A stretch of 64,000 bases of DNA from Centroscyllium fabricii. Lineage: Eukaryota. Where the stretch lies: positions 175,894,001 to 175,958,000 of the forward strand of contig JBNRSN020000006.1 of the NCBI GenBank assembly GCA_051313645.2. Reading direction: 5' to 3'. The stretch's first letter is position 1; each line of letters starts with the position of its first letter. A model generated the notes under the pieces. It saw only the letters and a program-made list of their open reading frames with translations, had not been told where the DNA came from and did not search any database. Both the position numbers and the translations under genes were made by a program. Shown here piece by piece: positions 14,226 to 26,796 of this stretch.

Positions 14226-14370
14226 GTCAGCCGTGGCTCAGTGGTAGCACACTCGTCTCTGAGTCAGAGGTTAAAGGTTCAATTCCCATGCCAGAGACTT
14301 GAACATATAATCCAGACTGACACTTCAGTGCAGTACTGAGGGAGTGCAGCACTGTCAGAGATGCTGTCTT
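14226..14370 (+). mobile_element. Deu-type SINE, 5' part (remainder at 20261-20545)
   Basis: GTCAGCCGTGGCTCAGTGGTAGC tRNA head. Breaks at TGTCTT, which recurs at about 20262. Confidence 0.8.
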
Positions 14371-15321
14371 GTGGACCTGATGGCCTATATCATAGGCTTT
14401 TGAACGAGGTGGCTACAGAGATAGTGGATGCATTGGTTGTCATCTTCCAAAATTCCATTAATTCTAGAACGGTTCCCATGGATTGGAAGGAAGCAAATGT
14501 AACTCCACTATTTAAGAAAAGAGGGAGAGAGAAAACTGGGAATTACAGACTAGTTAGCCTGACATCAGTATAGAGAAAATGCTAGAATCTATTATTAAGG
14601 ACGTGGTAACAGGGCACTTAGAAAATAATAATAAGATTGGGCAGAGTCAACACAGATTTATGAAAGGGAAATCATGTTTGACGAATCTGTTCGAGTTTAT
14701 TGAGGTTGTAACTAGCAGAATAGATAAGGGGGAACCAGTGGATGTGGTGTATTTGGATTTTCAGAAGGTGCCACACAAGAGGCTATTAAACAAAATTTGG
14801 GATTGGGGTTAATATATTAGCATGGATTGAGGATTGGTTAATGGACAAAAAACAGAGTAGGAATAAACAGGTAATTTTCGGGTTGGAAGACTGTAACTAG
14901 TGGGGTACCGCAAGGATCAGTGCTTGGGCCTCAGCTATTCACAATCTACATCAATGATTTGGATGAGGGGACCAAATGTAATACATCCAAGTTTGCTGAT
15001 GATACAAAGCTGGATGGGAATGTAAGTTGTGAGGAGGATGCAAGGAGGCTTCAAGGGGATATAGACAGGCTAAGTGAGTGGACAAGAACATGGCAAATAG
15101 AATATAATGTGGAGAAATGTGAAGTTATCCACTTCAGTAAGAAAAATAGAAAAGCAGAGTATTTTTTAAATGGTGAGAGATTGGGAAATGTTGGTGGTCA
15201 GAGGGACCTGGGTGTCCTTGTGCACGAATCACTGAAAGTTAACATGCAGGTACCGCAAGCAATCAGGAAAGCAAATGATATGTTGGCTTTTATTACAAGA
15301 AGATTTGAGTATAAGAGTCAA

Positions 15322-16046
15322 GGGGGGGGAAAATTGGGTTGGGGCGCTAACCTTGGCGGGCGCTACTTTTAGCACCCCGAAGAAGTTAGCGCCGTTCTGC
15401 CTGAAATTGGGTTTTACCGCCCCAAGTAGGAGGTGGGGCGCTACTACAAGCACCTCACCTCGTTCCTTGGGCGCAACAACTCAATTTCGGCCGCTGTGGG
15501 TTGCTGCGCCACGCTCTGCAGCACGCCGCATCGCGGTACTGCAGGCCTTCCTCCCCTTCTTAAAGGGGAGTGGCCTAGCGTGGCGCGGCCCAGAGCACTG
15601 CTGGGTTTGGAGTGCCATCAAAGGAGCCCGGCACTTGAGGGAAGTGCCGGGCTCACGGAGCACAGCCAGCACTTTGCGCGGGAGGGCATCGGAGAAGGCC
15701 GGGGACGGCAGAGGGGGGCAGATGCTGGCAGTCGGCCAGCAAGAAAAATGGCCGCCCGGCAACCCCCCCCCACTTTAAATAGCGCTGGCCTGGCTGCATC
15801 TGCGCCCCCCTGACCCTGTCGGTGACGGCGTCCGGCGCTACATCAGCGGGCGCGAGTGAAGTTTGAGGCCGAGGCGCGAGCGAGGCGCTGTGCACAGCGA
15901 TGATGTCATCGTCGGCGGTTCAGCGCCACGGGGCGCTACCAGCTGCTGCCGCCGCCAGCGTCCCGCTGAATATAACAGAAGGCGCCAGCCCAGGCGCTAG
16001 CCTCTTAGGGTGCTAACGGCTGGCGCAAGCAACCCAATTTTTCCCC
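15322..16046. mobile_element. GC-rich Harbinger-type MITE in CR1 A
   Basis: TIRs GGGGAAAATTGGGTTG / CAACCCAATTTTTCCCC. 3-bp TSD CAA (15319-15321, 16047-16049). Confidence 0.85.
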
Positions 16047-17173
16047 CAAGATGTTTTACTGCAATTATATAGGGCCCTGGTGAGACCACACCTGGAGTAT
16101 TGTGTACAGTTTTGGTCTCCTTGCCTAAGGAAGGATAGATCTTGTGGCCATTACGGAAACATGGCTGCAGGGTGACAATGCCTGGGAATTAAACATACCA
16201 GGTTATTTAACGATCAGGAAGGACAGGCAGGAAGGAAGGGGAGGTGGGGTGGCTATGTTAATAAAGGAAGTAATCACTGTAATACATAGAAATGATATTG
16301 GGTCAAAAGATCTGGATAATTAAACAGTTTGGGTGGAGATAAGGAATAATAAGGGGAAAAAACCACTACTGGGCATAGTCGTTTGGCCTCCGAACAGTTG
16401 CAACTCTGTTGGACGGAGAGTCAATCAAGAAATAGTCGAGGCTTGTAATAAGGGAACATCTATAATTATGGGGGATTTTAACTATCATATAAATTAGACA
16501 AATCAAATTGGGCAGGGCTGCCTTGAGGATGAGTTCATTGAGTGTATTAGGGATGGGTTTCTTGAGCAGTATGTAACTGAACCGACCAGGGGGCAAGCAA
16601 CCTTAGATTTGGTACTGTGTAACGAGACAGGATTAATTTAAAATGTCCTTGTAAAGGATCCCCTTGGAATGAGTGACCATAACATGGTTGAATTCCATAT
16701 TCAATTAGAGGGTGAGAATGTTGGATCTCAAACAAGCATGCTAAGCTTGAATAAAGGAGACTATGAAGGTATGAGAGAGGAATTGATTAGAGTGGATTGG
16801 GAAAACAGATTAAAGGGTAAGATGATACATGATCAGTGGTGTACATTTAAGGAGTTACTTTACAACTTCCAAAAAATATATATTCCACTGAGAAGAAAAG
16901 GGTGTAAAAGAAAAGACAGCCATCCGTGGCTAAGTAAAGAAATTAAGGATAGTATTTGACAAAAAACAAGGGCATATAAGATAGCCAAATCTAGTGGGAG
17001 GATGGAGGATTGGGAAAAATTTAAAAGACAGCAAAAAAACAACAAAAAGATTGATTAAGGAAGGGAAGATAGATTATGAAAGCAAATTAGCAAAAAATAT
17101 AAAAACAGATAGTAAGAGTTTCTATAGTTATATACAAAGAAAAAGGGTGGCTAAAGTAAATGTAGGTCCCTTA

Positions 17174-17839
17174 TGCCCTAGTTTCACTGGAGCTACGAAT
17201 TGCCGAATCGTGCCGATTGTGAAATTTGCCCGATTCGTGGGTCATTCTTGCAATTCGTAGTGGATTCGTAGTGGATTCGTAGCGGATTCGTAGAGTTCGC
17301 GGGAGTTCTTTGAGTTTTCAAGAAAGTTTTTGTTTGTCAAAAAATTTCGTGGGAGGGTTCACGAATGTCCAATTCGTGATAGATTCGTAAACAATTCGTG
17401 ACCCATTCTTACCGTTCGTGACCCTTTCTTACCGTTCGTAACTGATTCGTAGTGCATTCTTGGCTATTCTTGGGCATTCTTGATTTTCTCAAATTCGTGG
17501 AAAAATGCCGAATTCACCACGAATGTCCACGAATGCACTACGAATGCACTACGAATGCAATTCGTAGATAATTCGTAGCTAATTCGTAGAATTCGTAACT
17601 AATTCGTGGAGTTCGTAGTGGATTCTTAATTAATTCTGCATATTCGTGAGTGATTCGTACCTCATTCCTACAATAATTCGTGATAGATTCTTAACCTTGT
17701 CCAGAATCGCCAAGAATTCACCAAGAATCGCCAAGAATCAACCAAGAATTTTAGCATTTCTTGCAGAATCGCCAAGAATTTCGATTCTTGACAATTCTTG
17801 GGATTCTTGGCATTCTTAGCCTCCAGTGAAACTAGGGCA
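17174..17839. mobile_element. Harbinger MITE related to the autonomous element at 37574-41634
   Basis: Perfect TIRs TGCCCTAGTTTCACTGGAG / CTCCAGTGAAACTAGGGCA. TSD TTA/TTA. Dense ATTCGT / ACGAAT motifs. Confidence 0.93.
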
Positions 17840-18451
17840 TTAGAGGATGAGACTGGGAAATTAATGGTGGGAAATATGGAAATGGCAAAAACACTAAATG
17901 AATATTTTGTATCAGTCTTTACAGTAGAGGACACTAAGAATATCCCAACACTGGACAAACAGGGGACGATGGGTAGGGGGGGGAGCTAAACACGATCAAA
18001 ATCACTAAGGAAGTGGTACTCGGTAAAATAATGGGGCTCAAGGCGGATAAATCACTTGAACACATGATGGCTTACATCCTAGGGTCTTGAGGGAAGTGAC
18101 GGTAGGGATTGTGGATGCATTGGTAATAATTTTCCGAAATTCCCTGGACTCAGCAAAGGTCCCGGCAGACTGGAAAACTGCTAATGTAACACCCTTATTT
18201 TAAAAGGGCAGTAGACAGAAGGCTGGAATCTATAGACCGGTTAGCCTAACATCTGTCGTGGGTAAAATTTTGGAGTCCATTATTAAGGAGACAATAACAG
18301 GACATTTGGATAAACATAATTTAATAGGACAAAGTCAGCATGGTTTTATGAAGGGGATGTCTTGTTTGACAAATTTGTTGGAGTTCTTTGAGGAAGTAAC
18401 ATATAGAGTGGATAAAGGGGAACCAGTGACTTTTAAAAGGCATTTGACAAG

Positions 18452-19519
18452 GTGCCACACAACAGATTATTGCTTAAAATAAAAAATCACGGAATTGGGG
18501 GTAATATTCTGGCATGGATAGAGGATTGGCTATCTAACAGAAGGCAGAGAGTTGGGATAAATGGGTCATTCTCAGACTGGCAATCGGTAACTAGTGGTGT
18601 TCCACAGGGGTCAGTGCTGGGTCCCCAACTCTTTACAATTTATATTAACGATTTGGAGATGGGGACCGAGTGTAACATATCAAAGTTTGCAGTTGATACT
18701 AAGATGGGAGGGAAAGTAGTGAGTGAGGAGGACATAAAAAACCTGCAAGGGGACATAGACAGGGTAAGTAAGTGGGCAGAGATTTGGCAGATGGAATACA
18801 ATACTGGAAAGTGTGAGGTTATGCACTTTGGCAGGAAAAATCGTCGAGCAAGTTATTATCTTAATGGCAAGAAACTGGAAAGTACTGTAGTACAAAGGGA
18901 TCTGGGGGTCCTGGTGCACGAAACTCAAAAGGTTAGTATGCAGGTGCAGCAAGTGATTAAGAAGGCCAATGGAATGTTGGCTTTCATTGCTAGGGGGATA
19001 GAATATAAAAATAGGGAGATATTGCTTCAGTTGTACAAGGTATTGGTGAGACCGCACCTGGAATACTGCGTACAGTTTTGGTGTCCATACTTAAGAAAGG
19101 ACATACTTGGTCTCGAGTCAGTACAAAGAAGGTTCACTCGGTTAATCCCAGGGATGAGGGGTTGGACATATGAGGAGAGGTTGAGTAGATTGGGACTCTA
19201 CTCATTGGAGTTCAGAAGAATGAGGGGAGATCTTATTGAAACATATAAGATTGTGAAGGGGTTGGATCAGGTGGACGCGGGGAGGATGTTCCCAATGATG
19301 GGTGAAACTAGAACTAGGGGGCATAATCTTAAAATAAGGGGTTGCTCTTTCAAAACTGAGATGAGGAAAAACTACTTCACTCAAAGGGTGGTAGGTCCAT
19401 GGAACATGCTGCCCCAAAAAGCTGTAGAAGCTACATCATTACATAAATTTAAAACACAAATAGACAGTTTCCTAGAAGTAAAAGGGATTAAGGGTTACAG
19501 GGAGCGGGCAGGAATTTGA
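18452..19519 (+). pseudogene. CR1 ORF2 reverse transcriptase, C-terminal part
   Basis: SGVPQGSVLGPQLF...; the catalytic FADD reads FAVD; upstream frameshifts. Confidence 0.88.
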
Positions 19520-20260
19520 ACATGAGTCTAGGTTCAGATTGGTCATGGCCCTGTGGGTAGTGGAGCGGGCCCAGGGACTGTGTAGCCTGATCCTGCTCCT
19601 ATTTCATGTGTCTAATTCTGTTAGATTCAGGAGATGGTTCTGTGATAGTAGATTGGTGGTTAGGATCAGATCAGCCATGATCTTATTGAATGGCAGAGCA
19701 GGCTCGAGGGGCCGATTGGCCTACTCCTCCTATTTCTTATGTTCTTAGACTTATCATAGAGGGAGTGCAACGCAGATTCACCAGACTGATTCCTGGGATG
19801 GGGGGATTGTCCTATGAAGAGAATTTGAGTAGACTAGGCCTATATTCTCTGGAATTTAGAAGAATGAGAGGTGATCTCACTGAAACATACAAAATTCTTG
19901 CAGGGCTTGACAGGGTAGATGCAGGGAGGATGTTTCCCCTGGCTGGGGAGTCTAGAACCAGGGGCCACAACCTCCGAATAAGGGGTCGACCATTTAGGAC
20001 TGCGATGAGGAGAACTTTCTTCACTCAGAGGGTGGTGAATCTTCCTCTACCCCAGAGAGCTGTGGAATCTCACTCGTTGAGTATATTAAAGACAGAGATT
20101 GATAAGATTTTGGGATATTAAGGGAATTAAGGGATGTGGGGATAGTGCAGGAAAGTGGAGTTGAGGTAGAAGATCAGCCATGATCTTATTGAATGGTGGA
20201 GCAGGCTCGAGGGGCCAAATGGCCTACTCCTGCTCCTACTTCTTATTTTCTTATGTTCTT

Positions 20261-20545
20261 ATGTCTTTTGGATGAGATGTTAAACTCTCAGGTGGATATA
20301 AAAGATACCATGGCACAATTCAAAGAAAAGCAGGAGAGGGCCAATATTTATCCCTCAACCTACATCACTAAAATGACAGATTATCTGGTCATGTATCTTA
20401 TTGCTGTTTGTGGGACCTTGCTGTGTGCAAATTGGCTGCCGTGTTTCCTTACATTACAACAGTGACTACATTTCAAAAAGTACTTCATTTAAAATACTTT
20501 GCGACATAGGGTCATGAATGGCACTATGTAAAGGCAAGTTATTTT
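20261..20545 (+). mobile_element. Deu-type SINE, 3' part (continuation of 14226-14370)
   Basis: GTCTTTTGGATGAGATGTTAAAC...GCCAATATTTATCCCTCAAC...TTGCTGTTTGTGGGACCTTGCTGTGTGCAAATTGG. Confidence 0.8.
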
Positions 20546-22252
20546 TATTTTCTATTGTAGAGGAAAGGGGTTTGATGAGCTGAATGGCCTTTTCTTGTTC
20601 CATGCTTCTTTCTGTTCTTAAGGCTACATGCTCCCATACATCTTTCTTTGAACAAAAACCAGTGAATGTTACGCACTCCTCATACATGTTTGAAAACTCA
20701 GCTTGCAGGATGTGCTTATTGTGAGGGGAAAGTGAGCCATTAAATTTGAGCAAGTGATCTGAACTTGCAGGTGTGGTACTCCTTCAGAAGAGATGTAGGG
20801 GGGTCATTTTCAACTTCGGCAGGAGCAGTAAACTGATGGTAGTGGATCAGTTGGCCTTTATACACGCTGCTCAATTTTATTTTGCATTGACTTCAATGGG
20901 AAGGAAAATTGGGCAAGGTTTATAACGGGTGGCTAATCTACTATCGCCAGTTTTCCACCCCCATCAAATTTAAAAATCTTCCCAGGAGTCAGGTCCCCGA
21001 ATTGCGCAGGGACCCAACTCCTAGCGGCAAGAAGAGGATTATATCACTTAACTGCCAGTTAACAGGCAGTTAAGAGGCTTTTTCCAATTTTGAGACTTAT
21101 GTTGCGGGCTTCCCAATGTCGGGGAACCCCGCCAGGGTAAATGAGGCATGATGTGGGTCTGTTATACTGTTGTATAGATGACAGCTGCAGAAGTGGTGTG
21201 AAGATGCAGTGGGACACTGGTGAGTATCAGAGGTAAGGAAATGTTGGGAAAGTCATTTTTAATATGTTTAGATTTTTCTGTAGGTGATAAGCTTTGAAGT
21301 GTTTTTGTAACCTCACCTCAATGGGAAAAGTGACAGATCGCTCCTGTACCCTCACCTGCAGCTGCCATCTGTTTCATCCTAAGGAGAGAGTCGCTGGAGA
21401 GCCTGGGTGCAAGGGCTCACACAGCGATTGTCAGTGTTTGACAACACCTCAATGCTGTCAAACACTGTAAAAATCATGTCAAAAATTTATGGTTCATGTG
21501 CCTTTTAAGAAAACTGGCAGATGAAGCATCATCAACTGACGTCATCTGACACCAGCTTTCCCTTAATTGGCGAGCAAGTCCACAGGGTGGGCTTAACAAG
21601 GCCAATCAGGAGAAAATAGCATCTGTGCGTCGGACGTCGCTGGGGACGGGACTAGAACCCGGAAGGCAGCAGTCCCACCCCCAACGCATCTCGGTGAGTA
21701 CAATCCAGCCCAGAGTGTTCTGCAGAAGTGCTAATTGTGTAGCAACCTGCTGACTGGTCACAGAACATCATTGATGGCAGCTGTTGACAAGTCTGTTTCA
21801 GAGTATGTTGAATGAGGATCTATGGAAAAAGCAGACGAATAGTTCAAATCCTTAGTTGTGTTGAGAATACTTAAACTGTTTGTAAAGTTCATTGGGTCAA
21901 TAATGAAGTTTCAGTGCTCCCAGCATTTAGCACATGATGCTTTCAGAGGTTTGAGTGGTAGGACTTCTTGTGCCAGCAACTCCTAAAGGACAGCTGGCTG
22001 CCTTTAAACCTGCTTCTCCAAATGGTTGGGGGCAGAACAGACCCACTTAATGATCAGCTATTGGAAGTGTTGTTGCAGAAAAGGTTTGCACTATTTAGGG
22101 GGAGAGCCACCCTGCAGTGAAGTGCTCCACCAGAACACAGACATTCAAACCCAGGAGCAGATGAGGAAGAAGATTGTTGGGTTGCCAAGATAAGTGTGCA
22201 AACATGTGGCAACATCTTAATTGGTTGTCTTACAAAGCATTTTTATTGTTAT

Positions 22253-22529
22253 TGTAGAGGCATGCAAGGCTGAAGGACCACGCTGGACACAGAGGGGTCA
22301 GAAGGAGCACTTTTATTACTGTAAGCTGTTACAACTATGGCCAGGTGGAGAAGAGAGAGAGCCACCTGGCTCTCAGGTATTTAAAGGTCCCGCGGTTGGG
22401 GACGTCACTGCCGGCCGGCCTCCTGGTGACGTCATCACGTCGGGGATGCCCGTGCGTCCTCCGACGGGCGGGGCCGTGTTGCAGCTTTCCCAGAGCGGGT
22501 TCGTAGCTGCCGGTGGGCGTGTCGCCACA
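22253..22529 (-). repeat. 3' LTR
   Basis: Appears identical to 26797-27073. Preceded on the minus strand by [19 protein letters not shown]. Confidence 0.95.
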
Positions 22530-22738
22530 CAGCTCCCCCCCCAGAATCCGCGAGGGGAAGTGTAGTTGCCTAGAGGAGAGGGAGACAAAAAGGAGAGCAA
22601 ACACACATTTCGATAACACACAGAATGTCCGACAGTTTGCCGCAATGGCCTGGTGTTGTGGCCGGCAGGTGTTGTGTGCTGTTCCGTGGTTCGAAGGATG
22701 ATGTTGTGGCGGGCCGCCAGTGTTCTGCCTGTTTTGCC

Positions 22739-25700
22739 TCAGGCGAGGCGCTTAGGTGGCCTGATGGTGCGGCCGGCACGTGTGATGTGTTGCTTGTTGG
22801 TCTGTGTGGAAGTGTGGGCGGGTTTTGGTGCGGTAGGGCGGCCGCGTTTAGGTGGTTGTGCGGGGACTGTTGTCTCGCCCGCCATTACGTGTGCTGGTTT
22901 GAGCCGGTCAATGGATACGGTCTCAGTTCTGTTGCCCATTTGAATGTCAAAAGTTTTGGGTCCCGCCCGAAGCACTCTGAATGGCCCGTCGTACGGTGCC
23001 TGCAGCGGTGTTTTGTGTGAGTCATGGCGGACAAACACATATTTGGCGTCTTGAATGGCCTCGGGGACACGTGTCGCCGGTTGTTCATGGCGGGCCACCG
23101 GAAGTGGTTTGAATTCTGCTGCCTGGTTGTTGAATTCCCTGAGGCAGCGCTCGGCTGACCAGGGTTCGTTTGTTTCTGCCACGAACTCGCCTGGTACCGT
23201 TAGTGGTTGGCCGTAAACGAGCTCGGCTGCCGAGGCGTGTAGGTCTTCTTTGGCCGCCGAGCGGAGGCCGAGCATTACCCAGGGCAGGCGGTCCGTCCAG
23301 GTTGCATCCTGGAGGCTGGCCCGCAGGGATGTTTTGAAAGTTCGGTGGAACCGTTCGCAGAGGCCGTTGGCTTGCGGGTGGTAGGCAGTGGTTCGGTGCA
23401 GGGTTACCCCGAGGTCGTGAGCGATGGTTGACCATAGGGTTGAAGTGAATTGGGGGCCCCTGTCTGAAGTAATGTCGTTGGGGACGCCGAAGCGGGCGAC
23501 CCAGGTGGCGATGAAGGCCCTGGCCAGTTCGGCGGTGGTGGTCGTGTTGAGGGGAACCGCTTCGGGCCAGCGGGTGGTGCGGTCGACCATTGTGAGGAGG
23601 TACGAGTGACCACGTGATGGGGGTAGTGGTCCGACCAGGTCGATATGCACGTGGCTGAAACGTCTGGCTGGGATGACGATTGGTTGGAGCGGTGCTTTGA
23701 TGTGGTTGTGCACCTTGGCTCGCTGGCAGGCATTGCACGAGGTGGTCCAGGCGTGGACATCTTTATTTAGGCCGCGCCAAACGAATCGCGCAGAGATGAG
23801 CTTGGTGGATGCGCGGACGCCGGGGTGGGAGAGGCCGTGGAGGGTCTGGAAAATGTGTTGCCTCCACGCGTGGGGGACCACGGGCCTGGGTTGGGGCAGG
23901 GTGACGTCGCAGCGGACCCCCGTGGCTGTGGGTCCGTGTGCTACGGTGGCTAAGAGTAGGCCGGGAAGTTTGTTGGTGGGGTCGAGGAGGTCGGGGTCGG
24001 TGAGTTGGTCGGCCGCCATTTTGACGTAGTCGACCGCCGTCTGGACCGCGTTGGTGGTTGGGTATGCGCAGCAGTGTGCGCAGGCGTGGTCGGTGGCTGG
24101 AGTTGGGGGGTTGTTGGCTCTGTCGGTGGTGGGGGGGCTTGGGTGGTCGGCGGTTTGGGTGCCGGTGGTGCCTGCGCTGCTGATGGCGGGGCACAAGGGG
24201 TGGTTGTTGGGGTGGTCGGGGTTGGGCTTGTCAATGGCGGGTCGTGAGAGGCAGTCGGCGACCACGTTGTCGCGGCCGGCAATGTGCTGGATGTCGGTCG
24301 TGAACTCGGACACGGTCGCGAGCTGGCGCTGCTGCCTGGCCGACCAGGGTTCGGAGCGCTTAGCCATTGCGGAGACCAGTGGTTTGTGATCTACAAATGC
24401 TGTAAAGTGGCGGCCCTCCAAGAGGAAGCGAAAGTGGCGCACTGCGAGGTAGAGAGCGAGTAGCTCCCTGTCGAAGGCGCTGTACTTGACCTCTGGGGGC
24501 CGGAGGTGTCGCCCGACCACTGCTCGAAGACTGCTCCGACAGCGTGGTCGGAGGCATCGGTGGTGAGGGCTACTCTGGCGTTGGGCCTGGGGTGGCTGAG
24601 GAGGGTGGCTTTGGCGAGGGCCGTTTTGGTTGCGGTGAAGGCGGTGGCGGCTTCGGCTGTCCACTCGACCGCGGTCTTGTTGGACTGCCCATGGGTGGCC
24701 CGATAGAGGGGGGCCATGAGGGCGGCTGCGCCGGGAATGAAGCGGTTGTAAAAATTAACCATCCCGAGGAATTCCTGCAGCCCCTTGATGGAGTGCGGGC
24801 GGGGGAATTCCTGGACCGCCTGCACCTTGGAGGGCAGGGGTATGGCCCCGGTGTGGGAGATGTGGTGGCCGAGGAAGTCGATAGCCTCGAGGCCGAATCG
24901 GCACTTGGAGGGGCTTAATATAAGGCCGTGTTCGGCCAGGCGTTTAAAAAGGGTTCTAAGGTGAATGAGGTGTTCCCGGGGGGAGGCGCTGGCCACCAGG
25001 ATGTCGTCAAGGTAGACGAATGTGAACTGCAGGTCCCGGAGGACTGAGTCCATGAGGCGCTGGAAGGCCTGGGCCGCGTTTTTGAGTCTGAAGGGCATCC
25101 GGAGGAATTCGAATAGGCCGAATGGGGTGATGACGGCTGTCTTAGGGACATCCGCCGGGTGCACTGGAACTTGGTGGTAGCCCCGCACAAGGTCGATCTT
25201 TGAAAAGACCGTGCAGCCGGCTAGCCTCACGGAAAAATCTTGGATGTGGGGGACTGGGTACCTATCCGGGGTGGTGGCGTTGTTGAGGCGGCGGTAGTCT
25301 CCGCAGGGGCGCCAGCCGCCGTCGGGTTTGGGGGCGATGTGGAGGGGGGAGGCCCAGGGGCTGCTGGAGCGGCGGATGATGCCGAGCTGTTCCATGATGT
25401 GGAACTCGGCGCGCGCGATCTCTAGCTTGGCTGGGTCCAGCCTGCGTGCATGGGCATGGACCGGGGGGCCTGTGGTGGTGATGTGATGCTCTACGCCGTG
25501 CTTGGCGGAGCGGGCTGTGAAGGTTGGGTTGGTTAGGATCGGGAACTCGGCGAGCAGCGTGGCGTACGTGTCGGAGTTGCGGGCCCGGCAGTGGGCTGCC
25601 GCGTGGGTCTGGTGTGCTGGGGCTGTGGAGCAAGGGATGGTTGACATGATGTGGATGTCGACCAGGCGGCGCCGGGTAACATCGACCAGGAGCCCGTGGG

Positions 25701-26700
25701 CGCACAGAAAGTCGGCTCCGAGTAGGGGCATGTTAACCTGCGCGGTAATGAAGTCCCACGTGTACCTGTGGCCTGCTAGTTTAATGGTAAGCTGGCGGGT
25801 ACCGAACGTGAGTATCTCGGAGCCGTTTGCGGCTTCGAGTGGTGGGCCTCGGGTGCCCTGCTTGGATTCTGCGGGGGAGGCTGGCACGATGCTGTGCTGC
25901 GCGCCTGTGTCGCAGAGGAAGCGGAGGCCTGAGACGCTGTCTGTCACGAAGAGCAGCGCTCCGGAGCGGCCGACGCACATGGTGGAGCTGGGGCTGGTTT
26001 GGGGTTTGAAGTTGCAGGGCGGAACGCAGCGCTGCGCTTTGGCTTCAAACCTGGTATGGTAGTAGCACCAGCCAGGTCCCGCCGTGCGTGGCTTTTTGTG
26101 GGTCCACGCGGCTCTGATTTGGGGCCAAGGTTGTGCGTAGTGCTGCTCTTGTTGAGCGGCAGCGTTACGGTGCATGGTGGCGCGGGTGCGCTCGGCCTTA
26201 ATAAGCTTGTCTGCCTCCTGAGCTAGCTGCCTGTTTGAGAGGTGCTCCAAGACCGTCAGTGTCGGTCTGATGGAGGGCGGCAGCTTAAGGAGGTAGAGGG
26301 CGCGCTTAAGGGTGGCCGGGTCGCGATTGAGCGCCTCAAACTGGGTCCACAAGTCGGTGGGGTCTGCGTCTCCCAGGTCGGGGAGGTTAATGACCTGGCA
26401 ATCGCGCTCGAAAATGGTTGGGGTAAATTTTTCAAGCAGCGCGGCCTTTAGCGATTCGTACCTGCCAGCAGTAGTGTCTTCCTCGATGGTGTCCCACATT
26501 CTGTCGATGGTGGACTGTGCGAGGGCTGCGAAGAGCAGGCTGTAGCGGTCGTCTCCCTGCACGCCATGGATGCGGAAGGTGTTCTCCGTGTTGCGAAACC
26601 AAGCCGCTGGACGGAGCTCCCAGAACTGTGGTATGGCTGGAACCGGGAGGTAAACTTGGCCCCGTCTGCCTTGGCGTGCTGAGTCATTTACTGCTGGCAT
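22739..26700 (-). pseudogene. gag-pol polyprotein, split by a frameshifting deletion in RNase H at about 24510
   Basis: ORF 24391-26700: Gag, protease FLCDTGA, RT YLDD, RH TTDAS. ORF 22739-24664: RH YSAFDRELL, integrase HHCC + DDE, GPY/F. Confidence 0.92.
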
Positions 26701-26783
26701 GGTGATAGCGATTCCACTGAGGCAGCTTGGCCCTCAGTCCTGCAGCGGCTGCTTCATTGTTCACTTGAGAATCGTCCCAAGTA

Positions 26784-26795
26784 TCGGGGTCACCA
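26784..26795 (-). promoter_or_regulatory. Primer-binding site, tRNA-Trp
   Basis: TGGTGACCCCGA, 1 nt after the 5' LTR. Confidence 0.9.
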
Positions 26796-26796
26796 C

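Larger units (their letters stand above)
16138..19746 (+). mobile_element. CR1 LINE B (endonuclease to 3' tail) nested in CR1 A
   Basis: Begins in the APE domain (LVAITETWL). RT ORF 18452-19519. Tail TTCTTATGTTCTT. Confidence 0.9.
14371..20260 (+). mobile_element. CR1 LINE A (5'-truncated), carrying a nested MITE and CR1 B
   Basis: RT fragments 14361-15320, 16050-16140 and 19750-20121 join into a colinear ORF2 C-terminus. Tail TTCTTATGTTCTTA. Target duplication TGTCTT in the SINE. Confidence 0.88.

Noticed and set aside
17200-17820. Regularly spaced ATTCGT repeats resembling a CRISPR or other array
   Set aside because: The units are short, degenerate and lack unique spacers. They lie within TIRs and a TSD, so this is a Harbinger MITE in a vertebrate genome.
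20799-22250. Old Harbinger-like TIR ends and a faint Myb-like remnant (NDQLLEVLLQKRFALF at about 22050)
   Set aside because: Probably fossil transposon debris, perhaps the partner of the 28860 transposase, but too decayed to delimit.
22885-26705. Many antisense and alternate-frame ORFs over the Gypsy element
   Set aside because: Expected from high GC content and codon bias of gag-pol; no recognisable domains.
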